From positions 167-64,166 of the forward strand of contig JBJLBJ010000001.1 of assembly GCA_045568235.1 (NCBI GenBank): a stretch of DNA of 64,000 nucleotides, in the 5' to 3' direction. The DNA is from Candidatus Thalassarchaeaceae archaeon. GTDB taxonomy: Archaea > Thermoplasmatota > Poseidoniia > Poseidoniales > Thalassarchaeaceae. Positions within the stretch are counted from its first letter, which is position 1. Each line of letters opens with the position of its first letter. Positions 45,615-54,939 of the stretch are shown one piece after another. The notes beneath the pieces were generated by a model that worked only from the letters and a program-made list of their open reading frames with translations, ran no database searches and was not told where the DNA came from. Position numbers and translations under genes: made by a program.

Positions 45615-48600
45615 CTATGTTGTTCTATCATCATATCTTATTGGGGAACCACTATTGCCTCGAATTCCATCCAATAAATCATCATTAATTTCAAAATAGT
45701 CATTAAGCCAGTCCCCATCAGTATCCCAATTTTTTGGATCAGTTCCTTCGGCAATCATGTCTCCATCTAAATCCAGATTCCACCAACCAAATACATATTC
45801 GCCAAGTCCGATATTTGGTAGATGATACTGATCGCCGGCAAATCTATTGTATTGATCTGTCCAAGCTCCATTTGTTAGAATTAAATCATCGGATGAATTA
45901 ATAATTTCATAGTTTTCGTCATTGTCATTAATCACTAAAGCATAAAGAGAATCAGTTTCACTAATCCTATTCATACGTAAATAATTGGTAGAAATTGCAG
46001 TATTCCCAGAGCAGGTCCCTAGCAAGGATTCTCTGAGTTGCCACCATTCTTCAACAATATCTCCTGAACAATCATATAAATTAGCGGCACGAACGAGAGA
46101 CGGTGAGGAAAGAGTAGCATTAACTGTTGCATAATATTCTTGGAAGTTAGTATATGGTTGATAAATACACGAACCAGAAGAACAGACCCAATCTCCATCA
46201 TTATCTGCATCTTGACCTGCATCATCTGGATTGGTTGGATCGTGAGTAAACCATGTCCAGTTTAACGATGGTCTGGATATGTAACCTTTTGATACATCTA
46301 CTGGTTTCCAATTAGTAGAAGATACTTGATACCACTCCACAGCAATTTGTAGATAAGATGACCAATTGTCATTAGTCTCATTCCATCCTCTTGAATATTC
46401 ATAAAAATCTGGCATCATATCACCATCAGTATCATTATCAAGTGGGTTTGTCCCATATTTGAAAACTTCACGTCCATCAGAAAGGCTTCTGTCTCTGATA
46501 TAATTTGTTACAAGACCATTCTCAAAAATTGGAATCATGATTATTGAATCGTCGTCTGAATCATCATCTAGAGGGTGAGTACCATTTTCATATTCCATTA
46601 AATTATTGAAATATAACTCTAAGACTCCGGAATCAAGTTGTTCTTCATTTGAACCTTGAATAAATTGTCGATCAACCCATTGTCCTTGGCTTGCAGGAGT
46701 ATCATCGAACGTTCTATCATACCACCCATCAGAATCAGGATCATAAGAGACATCTAGTGGATTTAGCGGGTTCAATGACCAGCGATAAGCATTTACAGGT
46801 AAAAATTCACCATAAATAGAATAGCAATACTCCCAACCATCTGTCATACCATCCCTATCTGAATCGGCATCATTTGGATCACTAATACCAGCCAAACTAA
46901 TATTGAAATTATTAGGATCGACCTCATTTATCAGACCTATCTTTTCTGAAGAAGAGATACTCTTCGAAGAAAATAGAGTGTATAGAATACTTTTCGCAGT
47001 CGAAGGCGAAAGTCCATTCTCTTCAATTTGAGCAGTGATTGCATCCGAACCATATGAAATAAGACCCGATCCATTTGGAATAGTATCTATTGCAAGTCTC
47101 TTACCATATACTCTTGAATCGTACTCAGCCAAATTATCGAAAGATTCTGAATCGGATATTTCACCATCTCCATTACAATCAAAAGAATCTTGATCAGAGT
47201 CAATATTTACATCGTAATCAGTTAGTGGATTCATAGACCATGAATTATTTTCAAGATTCCATTCTGTGAACCAATATTCATAACCATCACTCATACCATC
47301 TCTATCAGTGTCTTGAGAATTAGGATCAGTAATTCCAAATACTGATTCCAATAGTGGTTTTGCTGGTTTTCCAGACTCCCAATCAACAAATTGCTGCATA
47401 GCCAAATCGGCACGGCCTCCTTTGGAAAAGATTATTCTGTAAATTCTGTTTATCGATTCTTGAGAATTTATTGAATTTGCTTCATCCCAGAATTTAGGAG
47501 CATCATAAGGAGACAATCCGCCATTTACGGGATTATTATTTGTCATATTTAATTCTACAATATCAGTTATGCCATCATTGTCAGAATCATAATATCCGTC
47601 CCCTGGAACTAAGGGATTTAGGGTCCAGACTTGATCTGTTGAGTTCCACTGAGTGAATAATAATTCTATGCCATCTAAAATACCATCACCATCAGAATCT
47701 GGATTATTGGGATCTGTAGTAAGGCCAGTTAAATTTATTTGTTCTTCTGAAATAAAATCTCCAAATGATAATGCTGAATCAGCCCCTATCCAAGGCACAG
47801 GAGTTATTTCACCTAAGACGCTCATTAAGAAAAACTGAGGAGAAGATATAGAATTATCAATTTCACTTAAATTAGTTGAGATTGAGTTATATTCTTCCCA
47901 ATTATTCATCCCGTCTCCATCATAGTCTTCTACATTATCCTTTTCATTAACAGGATTTAATGACCATTTTTGATCGAAAATACTCCACCTAGCATGATAA
48001 AACTCCCAACCATCTGGCATACCATCCCTATCAGAGTCAGCCTTTAATGGATCAGATGACCCTAAGTCTGAAGGAATCATACCATCTACTAAAAAGGAAT
48101 AAAATACAGTAGATTGATCGCCAAAGGAAGTATCGGCTAATCCTTCCCAGGATTCATGAGATAGTTGTGTTGAAAAATTATCAGGATAGGAGATCCCAGA
48201 GGAGGTACTAGATTGGTACAATATATCTGACATCAAATAATATTCCATCCAATTAACTAATTGTTCATTTAATTCTAATACTCCATTATGATTAACATCA
48301 TACCCATCGCCATCTGGGTTACTCAGATAATCTGAGCCATTTAGAGGATTTATACCTGCATTCCTTGGAGACCAACTGCACTTATATCTAGCTTCCCAAC
48401 CATCTGGTATTGTATCTCCATCAGAATCTATCGAATTAGGATCTGTATGAGACCAATTTAGAGCAGCTTCAGCAGATTCGCCATGACTATCCAAACCTTC
48501 TCGTAATGTTAAATCAAGTAAATTACTCCACCTATACTCACACAAATTACTCAAACCGTCACCATCTGCATCTTGATCGGCGTCCAAAGGATTTCTAGGA

Positions 48601-51323
48601 TCTAACGACCAAGAATTACCACCTGTATAAGTATCACCAATCCATCTTCTATTCTCTATTTCCCATCCATCTGGCATACCATCTCCATCTGAATCTGGAT
48701 TAGTGGGGTCAGTTGGACCATCTGTTCCTCCTCCAGTACCTGACCCAAGCCACCCTTCCATGTGAACTTGGAGAGCATCAATACCAGTTTCTTCATCACA
48801 AATATAATTTTTATTTACATAGTGACATTCAAAAATAGTTGAATTTGTAAACCACCCCCAATATTCTTCACCATCAGTTAGTCCATCTCCATCTGAGTCC
48901 ATTTGCCTAGGATCTGTACTATTTACTCCTGCATCAGAAATGGAGCTAAATCTATATTCATCCAAATTAGTCCATAATCGATCAAATAATACTCCTTCTT
49001 CTGTGAAATATCTAACTCCATCATAATCAGGATCTCTCGCTGCATCAAATGGATCTGTAGGATCTAAACCATTGATAAACTCCCAACCATCATTCATGCC
49101 ATCTAAATCAGAATCATTTGATAATGGATTTAATGAAGCGATATTCATATAGTCTCCTGGAGAAATGCCAGCAAAAATCCACTCTTGCCCTTGGTTTTCA
49201 ATCATTGCAAATGAGGTAACTAAACCAGGAATCCTAGTTTGATTAAGATACATGCCAAGGATGCCATCTTGGGCGCTACCTTCTAGACACCATGAGCCAT
49301 ATGATGACCCAATTATCACCATTCCCTGATATGAAAATACAGATCTGATATCATTAGCGCCATTTAGAATATTTTCTATATTTAACATCCTGTCACTATT
49401 GAAGGCCTCAGTGGGCTGAGAAGTTATAAGATTCAATTCGACGAGATAAAGTCCCCCCGACATGCCCAGCCATAGGCCAGGAGTTGCGCCATCATTTTCC
49501 TCCTTTTGTAAAATATTTACTCTAGGAGTAGTTGTCGAATCATAAATATTCTCATTTATAAAATATTCAGCATTAGTTCTATTGAATACCCAATAAGGAT
49601 TTCCAATAGAATTTGCTCCATCTGTAGTATTCCAAGCAATTAAACCAGAATCAGTACCTACGAATAATATAGGAATTCGCCCTTGCATCTCAACATGAAC
49701 GGATGTAGTTATAGATGCATTTTCGTAATTGATCAAATTAGAAACCTTAGTTAAATAATCTATTTTGACATCTTCGACCGAATCTTCAAAATCTTCAGAT
49801 AGTTGAATTGTCCATATCTTGGAATCACTAGCTATTAATAAATTCAAATCATCACTCTGTGTTTGTAGTTTAGTAATTATTTCTACAGGACCTAAAGAAA
49901 ATACTTTTTCAGATTCAGTAACGGGCAATCCATTATCTAATTGGATTGTATGTAATCCCTTATTAGTTCCAAAAAATAAATAACTTTTTTCTCCTAGCTC
50001 GTATTTCTCCATGACGTTCATTTCTGTACCATGTTCCAAAGGGAATAATGATGATGTATTTCTAAAAGGATCTAATACTGTAATACCGTATTTAGAACCT
50101 ACTAGTAATCTATCTCTTTGAGAATCGGGAATTATTTTATGGATTGAAGTATCAACAAATTCTACATCGGATTTATAATTCAAAGAAATTAATTCTCCAT
50201 CTGCAGAATTGATTCTAGCCCCAGTTACCCCTGGTATGACGCCAAATCCTGAATCTGAATCTACTAAATATTCTTCATAATTACTAAATTCTTCACCCCA
50301 ATGAGATGTTGAGATTGTTATATCAGGTGTTATGTAACCATCTCTGTTTTCATCCCAACCATCAGAATCCAAGTCCGTAATTGCATCTGAGGAATTTCTA
50401 GGATCAAGTCCGTTATATGCCTCCCAACCATCGGGTATTCCATCTCCGAGTGAAGTGAGTTCCAGAGCTTCAAAATCAGACCATACATAATAGTCTGAAT
50501 CTGCAAATCTTGGATCTGTACCTAGCCAACCATCATCTAAAGTAGCTCTTTGAAATTCAGTTTGACAAGAAGGCGATAATCCTTGAATATCTCCCACACA
50601 CCAAAGACCGTCTCTTTCAGTGACCCAATCTTCAGGAGAGCCATAAAGATACTCTTCGGCATTGGTGAATCTCTCTCCTATATCGATAATACCATCTTTA
50701 TTAAAATCAAATCCGTCTCCACACCCCCAAGTAAAATCTTTTTCACATCTATCAAAATCAACTATCAAATCTTTAGGATCGAGAGGGTCGAAATATAAGC
50801 AATCCCAAGCATTTGTTAGTGGATTAATAGAACCAACTCCTCCATTTGTACACATATATATTTCATAACCATCGGGCAATCCATCTCCATCGGTATCTGC
50901 TATACGCGGGTCTAAATATTCCCTTAATCCGGAGATTGATTCCTCAGGTGATTTACCAGTTAATGAGTTTCTTTTTTCAGAATCTAAACAAGCATCCAAA
51001 GTGAATGGCCAACAATATTCCATTAAAGCAGATGCGCCATCTTTATCCCGATCAGTTACATTATCGGTCGCGTTGTAAGAATCTAATCCTTCTATAACCA
51101 AATTAAAAGAATTTATTTGGAGATTAATATCTTCACTGAAGATGAATTCATGCATATCTGGTATTAAATCTCCATCTTGATCTGTGATTGGAGGATCTCC
51201 TCCTTCTGCTACATTTGGGTCAATAGATGAAACTGAGGATTGTGGTCTTGTTTGCGATACAAATGCCAAACTAGCCAACATAAGGAAAGATAATAATAAG
51301 GCACTTATTTGTTTGCGGCGCAT
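45615..51323 (-). CDS. Large secreted protein (1,902 aa) with many Asp-rich Ca-binding (thrombospondin type-3-like) repeats and a central propeller-like region
   Basis: The signal peptide is MRRKQISALLLSFLMLASLAFVSQ. There are at least six clear copies of [ST]DP...DSD.DGM.DGWE......W[ST]LNP, plus further degenerate ones. The central region has G[LI].[VIL] motifs (LFFGTNKGLHTI, ILFVGTDSGLIAW, GLWLGMSGGLYLV) that resemble two-component-regulator propeller repeats. Confidence 0.88.
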   Translation of the reverse strand: MRRKQISALLLSFLMLASLAFVSQTRPQSSVSSIDPNVAEGGDPPITDQDGDLIPDMHEFIFSEDINLQINSFNLVIEGLDSYNATDNVTDRDKDGASALMEYCWPFTLDACLDSEKRNSLTGKSPEESISGLREYLDPRIADTDGDGLPDGYEIYMCTNGGVGSINPLTNAWDCLYFDPLDPKDLIVDFDRCEKDFTWGCGDGFDFNKDGIIDIGERFTNAEEYLYGSPEDWVTERDGLWCVGDIQGLSPSCQTEFQRATLDDGWLGTDPRFADSDYYVWSDFEALELTSLGDGIPDGWEAYNGLDPRNSSDAITDLDSDGWDENRDGYITPDITISTSHWGEEFSNYEEYLVDSDSGFGVIPGVTGARINSADGELISLNYKSDVEFVDTSIHKIIPDSQRDRLLVGSKYGITVLDPFRNTSSLFPLEHGTEMNVMEKYELGEKSYLFFGTNKGLHTIQLDNGLPVTESEKVFSLGPVEIITKLQTQSDDLNLLIASDSKIWTIQLSEDFEDSVEDVKIDYLTKVSNLINYENASITTSVHVEMQGRIPILFVGTDSGLIAWNTTDGANSIGNPYWVFNRTNAEYFINENIYDSTTTPRVNILQKEENDGATPGLWLGMSGGLYLVELNLITSQPTEAFNSDRMLNIENILNGANDIRSVFSYQGMVIIGSSYGSWCLEGSAQDGILGMYLNQTRIPGLVTSFAMIENQGQEWIFAGISPGDYMNIASLNPLSNDSDLDGMNDGWEFINGLDPTDPFDAARDPDYDGVRYFTEEGVLFDRLWTNLDEYRFSSISDAGVNSTDPRQMDSDGDGLTDGEEYWGWFTNSTIFECHYVNKNYICDEETGIDALQVHMEGWLGSGTGGGTDGPTDPTNPDSDGDGMPDGWEIENRRWIGDTYTGGNSWSLDPRNPLDADQDADGDGLSNLCEYRWSNLLDLTLREGLDSHGESAEAALNWSHTDPNSIDSDGDTIPDGWEARYKCSWSPRNAGINPLNGSDYLSNPDGDGYDVNHNGVLELNEQLVNWMEYYLMSDILYQSSTSSGISYPDNFSTQLSHESWEGLADTSFGDQSTVFYSFLVDGMIPSDLGSSDPLKADSDRDGMPDGWEFYHARWSIFDQKWSLNPVNEKDNVEDYDGDGMNNWEEYNSISTNLSEIDNSISSPQFFLMSVLGEITPVPWIGADSALSFGDFISEEQINLTGLTTDPNNPDSDGDGILDGIELLFTQWNSTDQVWTLNPLVPGDGYYDSDNDGITDIVELNMTNNNPVNGGLSPYDAPKFWDEANSINSQESINRIYRIIFSKGGRADLAMQQFVDWESGKPAKPLLESVFGITDPNSQDTDRDGMSDGYEYWFTEWNLENNSWSMNPLTDYDVNIDSDQDSFDCNGDGEISDSESFDNLAEYDSRVYGKRLAIDTIPNGSGLISYGSDAITAQIEENGLSPSTAKSILYTLFSSKSISSSEKIGLINEVDPNNFNISLAGISDPNDADSDRDGMTDGWEYCYSIYGEFLPVNAYRWSLNPLNPLDVSYDPDSDGWYDRTFDDTPASQGQWVDRQFIQGSNEEQLDSGVLELYFNNLMEYENGTHPLDDDSDDDSIIMIPIFENGLVTNYIRDRSLSDGREVFKYGTNPLDNDTDGDMMPDFYEYSRGWNETNDNWSSYLQIAVEWYQVSSTNWKPVDVSKGYISRPSLNWTWFTHDPTNPDDAGQDADNDGDWVCSSGSCIYQPYTNFQEYYATVNATLSSPSLVRAANLYDCSGDIVEEWWQLRESLLGTCSGNTAISTNYLRMNRISETDSLYALVINDNDENYEIINSSDDLILTNGAWTDQYNRFAGDQYHLPNIGLGEYVFGWWNLDLDGDMIAEGTDPKNWDTDGDWLNDYFEINDDLLDGIRGNSGSPIRYDDRTT

Positions 51324-51504
51324 TGTTACTCACCAACTAATAGATTTAGCAAAGTAAAGTGATTTATCATACTGATGGAGCGTAGTTCGGACATAAAGAA
51401 AAAATAAATGATTTGAAGAATTAATTAAACAATAAAAAAACTATAATTGGGCATCAAAAAAAACCATTTATTCATAGACCAAGATACATGCCGTTAGATG
51501 TAAC

Positions 51505-52311
51505 ATGAGCCTGAAAATAACTCATCTCGGATCAGGAAGTAAGGGTAATGCCACTTTATTGAGTACTGATAATGAGAATATTTTAATCGATTGTGGTTTT
51601 TCACTATTACAGACTGAGAAAAAACTGAAAAGTGTTGGCCTAGAAGGAGGAGACATTAGTGCAATTATTGTGACGCATCATCATGGAGATCATTCTAACT
51701 CGGCAGAAAGGGCTTCAAAAAAATGGGGCTCTGAATTACATTGTAACATAGAAACAGCGATAAAAATGGGCTGGGAACCAATTAATACATGTAAGACGTT
51801 TAACAACTTAGATAGAGTTGAATGTGGCCATAATTTTAGTTTTATAGGCGTTCCAATACCTCATGATAAAGCTGATAATGTTGCAATTATTACAAACAGT
51901 GGAAGAGGAGAAAAAGCTGCCTTTCTTACAGATTTGGGAGAATCTACGGTAGAATTAAAAAAATATCTTGAAGGTTGTAGGCATATTTCAATAGAAGCAA
52001 ATTATGACCAAAAAAAATTGTTTATGAGTAGTTATCCTGAATCCCTGAAAAGAAGAATTTCCGGCAGGGGCGGCCACTTATCTAATTTTCAAACCGGCAA
52101 ATTACTTTCTGAAGTTATGCATACAAAATTAGAGAGTATAGTTCTATGTCATTTATCAGATAAAAACAATGCACCACACCTTGCAGAAAGTGAAGTATTA
52201 TACCATATCGGAGATAAATATAATGGAGATATAGCTATCTCTAGACAAATAGGGCCGGAATTTAGTCACCATCTAGGGCAGCAGGATGAAGAAAAAATCA
52301 GAGTTTTATAA
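51505..52311 (+). CDS. Metallo-beta-lactamase-fold hydrolase (YycJ/PhnP-like)
   Basis: ITHLGSGSKGNATLL....ILIDCG....VTHHHGDHS carries the HxHxDH motif. ~268 aa. Confidence 0.8.
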   Translation: MSLKITHLGSGSKGNATLLSTDNENILIDCGFSLLQTEKKLKSVGLEGGDISAIIVTHHHGDHSNSAERASKKWGSELHCNIETAIKMGWEPINTCKTFNNLDRVECGHNFSFIGVPIPHDKADNVAIITNSGRGEKAAFLTDLGESTVELKKYLEGCRHISIEANYDQKKLFMSSYPESLKRRISGRGGHLSNFQTGKLLSEVMHTKLESIVLCHLSDKNNAPHLAESEVLYHIGDKYNGDIAISRQIGPEFSHHLGQQDEEKIRVL

Positions 52312-54840
52312 TTAATTACCCATTATTGCTCTATGAACTGAATTTTGAACATCTTTCATCCTATCTACTGCCCCTAATTCTCTGAAAACAGATAATGAAC
52401 TTTGTAAATAATTCATTCTTTGTGAACGATCACTTTCAACTTCTCCTAGTCTAGACAATAGTTCTCCTTGCATCATACGGAAGTCATTTGCTTCAGCAAC
52501 TGCTAATCCTCCAAGATAATGATTAGCTGCTTCTTCATTTCTACCTGCATCCATCAATACTTGCCCGAGAAGCAAAGATACTTCCACCACACTTCTAGGG
52601 TCATCTTGTTTGGATAGTTCTTCTAAGGCGGCCGAGTAATGATGTAGGGCTAACTCGTTATCAGAAACTTTGGCATAATATCTACCAAGTACTGCTCTCG
52701 ACCTAGCGTGAAGGAATGCTTGGCCATTATTTTTAGTTTCTTCGAAAGCAAGTAATGCGTGTTCTCTGGATCTATCTAACTCTCCCATTTCCAAAAATGC
52801 AGAAGACAGTCGGATACGGGCATCGCATAATTCAGGATTATTCTCAGATTTAAGTAAATCTTCTACATTACCATACACTTCTAATGCATGCCTAACATCT
52901 TTTCTTCTTCTAAAAATATATCCCATATTGTTGTATGATTTTGCTGCACCTACTGCATCCCTGATTGATATTTGAATTTCTAGTGCTTTTCTATGTAATT
53001 CCAAAGCATCATCCATTGCTCCACGCTTCACAGCAATATCGGCTCTAGCCGAAAGAAGACGGGATAATTCTGAAATCATCTTATTTTTACCAATACTTTT
53101 CATTGCAGCATCATATTCTATTTCTGCTTCGTCCCAGTGACCTTGAATTGAAAGAATATTACCTCTTAATTCTCTTATCAATCCCCAACTATTGTTTTCA
53201 AAATCTTCTGATTCTAATGATTTTAGTATTGAATATAATTCAGTATGGCCAGCTTTAACTAAATCGTGTCCCTCGGAAATTAAAACCTTAGACAATTCTT
53301 CATTATTCTCTGAGAAATGTAAATGGTGAATGTATTCAATTCTATCAGCAGCACTTTCATATTTATTCCTATACCATTCAACAGCATTAGAATGTAATTC
53401 ATGACGTAATGATTCTTCCATAGATCTTACAAGAAACTCACGAACGAGATCGTGAACATCGTAAGATTCTGTATCGGATTGTCTAGCAAGCCCTTTCTCA
53501 ACTAATTCATCTAACATATCTGTTTCACTTTCAATAGAATTAATTGCTTCAAGAATTATTGGCTCTCGAAATACTGCTATTGCACCCAATAACCTTTTTT
53601 CAGATCCAGAAAGGCGACTAAAAATTTCTTGATCTACAAAGGCTTCTAATGTTGAATGAAATTTTTCACCAACATTACCTCTATTAATTAGCTCCAGAAT
53701 AAGAGGATGCCCCCTAGATAGTGTAAAAATATGCATAAATTGTTGATTTTCAAGATTTGGCATAGTAGTCAGTATTTGTTTACTTGAGTCTTCATCAAGT
53801 CCTTCTAGAGGTATAACTAAAGTAACGATTTGGCCACTTGAGTCAGATTCTGGCACAACCATCCTAAATGATCTTGAAAACATCACTAATCCAACTTCTT
53901 TTAGATTAGATATTCTAAGAGTTAATCCCCTTAGAAGAGAAATTAAAGACTCATCTCCTACTTTATGCAAGTCGTCTATTACTATCAAAGCAGGAGAATG
54001 CGCAAGACCCTGAGAAATTAAATTGACGGCAATGGAAGATTGGGGAACCGGAGTAGAAGTAATATAGTCTGAAAGATTGTTATCGCCAATTGCTGATAGC
54101 CATTCCGCACAGGCTTCAAGGAATGAACGAGAACCTTCCCAATCTTGACATCGGTGATATAGTAAATTTCTCCTATGAGTAAATTTTTCTAATAATTTAG
54201 CAGCTAAAGCAGTTTTTCCTATTCCTGCAATACCGGGAACTAAGATTGAATTTGATTTAGATTCTAGAAGAGCCACCATATTATCAAGTTCTTTCTCTCG
54301 GCCGAAGAATCTTCTAGTTCTTGGAATATCATTAAGGTAAGAAACAAGTTGCTTTTCAATATGCTTTGATAAATCTCTCTCAATTAAATCAGGAGATAAA
54401 GAAGAGAGATCTACTGAACCATTCTCATCCATATATCTCAATATGTCAACATGACGCAGAGGTAGATCTGACATTTCTACAGCATCCGACAAAGGAACAT
54501 CTTCAGAGCGCCCGTCTGGAAGAATTAACCTTACAGTCTGTTGGGAAACTTTTGCCCAAATTTCATCAGCAATTTTAGCACCCTCAGAGGTTAAAAAATA
54601 CGCCTTTCTTTTTCTTGAAACGCCAGCGACATGTGCTTGCCTCTCTATTAATTGGCCATTATCTTTCATACCTGCAATGGCTCTCGGAACATTTGATCTA
54701 GCTATTGCAACAGCATTAGCAATACCCATTTGAGATAATGCAAATGGTACTTCTACCTTTCCTGAGTGATCTACAAAGTCCCTAAGATGAAGAAAAATCC
54801 TTTCTTGGACTCCAGGACGAGTTGTGGGCACGCTCGGCAT
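52312..54840 (-). CDS. STAND-like regulator: N-terminal winged-HTH, P-loop NTPase, C-terminal TPR repeats
   Basis: The N-terminus is wHTH-like (ALSQMGIANAVAIARSNVPRAIAGMKDNGQLIERQ). Walker A is VPGIAGIGKTALAAK and Walker B is ALIVIDDLHKV. The C-terminal ~350 aa carry repeated TPR-like A..Y....L.......A units. Confidence 0.8.
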   Translation of the reverse strand: MPSVPTTRPGVQERIFLHLRDFVDHSGKVEVPFALSQMGIANAVAIARSNVPRAIAGMKDNGQLIERQAHVAGVSRKRKAYFLTSEGAKIADEIWAKVSQQTVRLILPDGRSEDVPLSDAVEMSDLPLRHVDILRYMDENGSVDLSSLSPDLIERDLSKHIEKQLVSYLNDIPRTRRFFGREKELDNMVALLESKSNSILVPGIAGIGKTALAAKLLEKFTHRRNLLYHRCQDWEGSRSFLEACAEWLSAIGDNNLSDYITSTPVPQSSIAVNLISQGLAHSPALIVIDDLHKVGDESLISLLRGLTLRISNLKEVGLVMFSRSFRMVVPESDSSGQIVTLVIPLEGLDEDSSKQILTTMPNLENQQFMHIFTLSRGHPLILELINRGNVGEKFHSTLEAFVDQEIFSRLSGSEKRLLGAIAVFREPIILEAINSIESETDMLDELVEKGLARQSDTESYDVHDLVREFLVRSMEESLRHELHSNAVEWYRNKYESAADRIEYIHHLHFSENNEELSKVLISEGHDLVKAGHTELYSILKSLESEDFENNSWGLIRELRGNILSIQGHWDEAEIEYDAAMKSIGKNKMISELSRLLSARADIAVKRGAMDDALELHRKALEIQISIRDAVGAAKSYNNMGYIFRRRKDVRHALEVYGNVEDLLKSENNPELCDARIRLSSAFLEMGELDRSREHALLAFEETKNNGQAFLHARSRAVLGRYYAKVSDNELALHHYSAALEELSKQDDPRSVVEVSLLLGQVLMDAGRNEEAANHYLGGLAVAEANDFRMMQGELLSRLGEVESDRSQRMNYLQSSLSVFRELGAVDRMKDVQNSVHRAIMGN

Positions 54841-54939
54841 AAATGGTCAACCCGAATCATCATTCAATAATGTTAGTGATAAAAGATTCATGCAATTTTT
54901 AAATTGATAACATATTTAATCAAAAATAGAGTAGAATAA

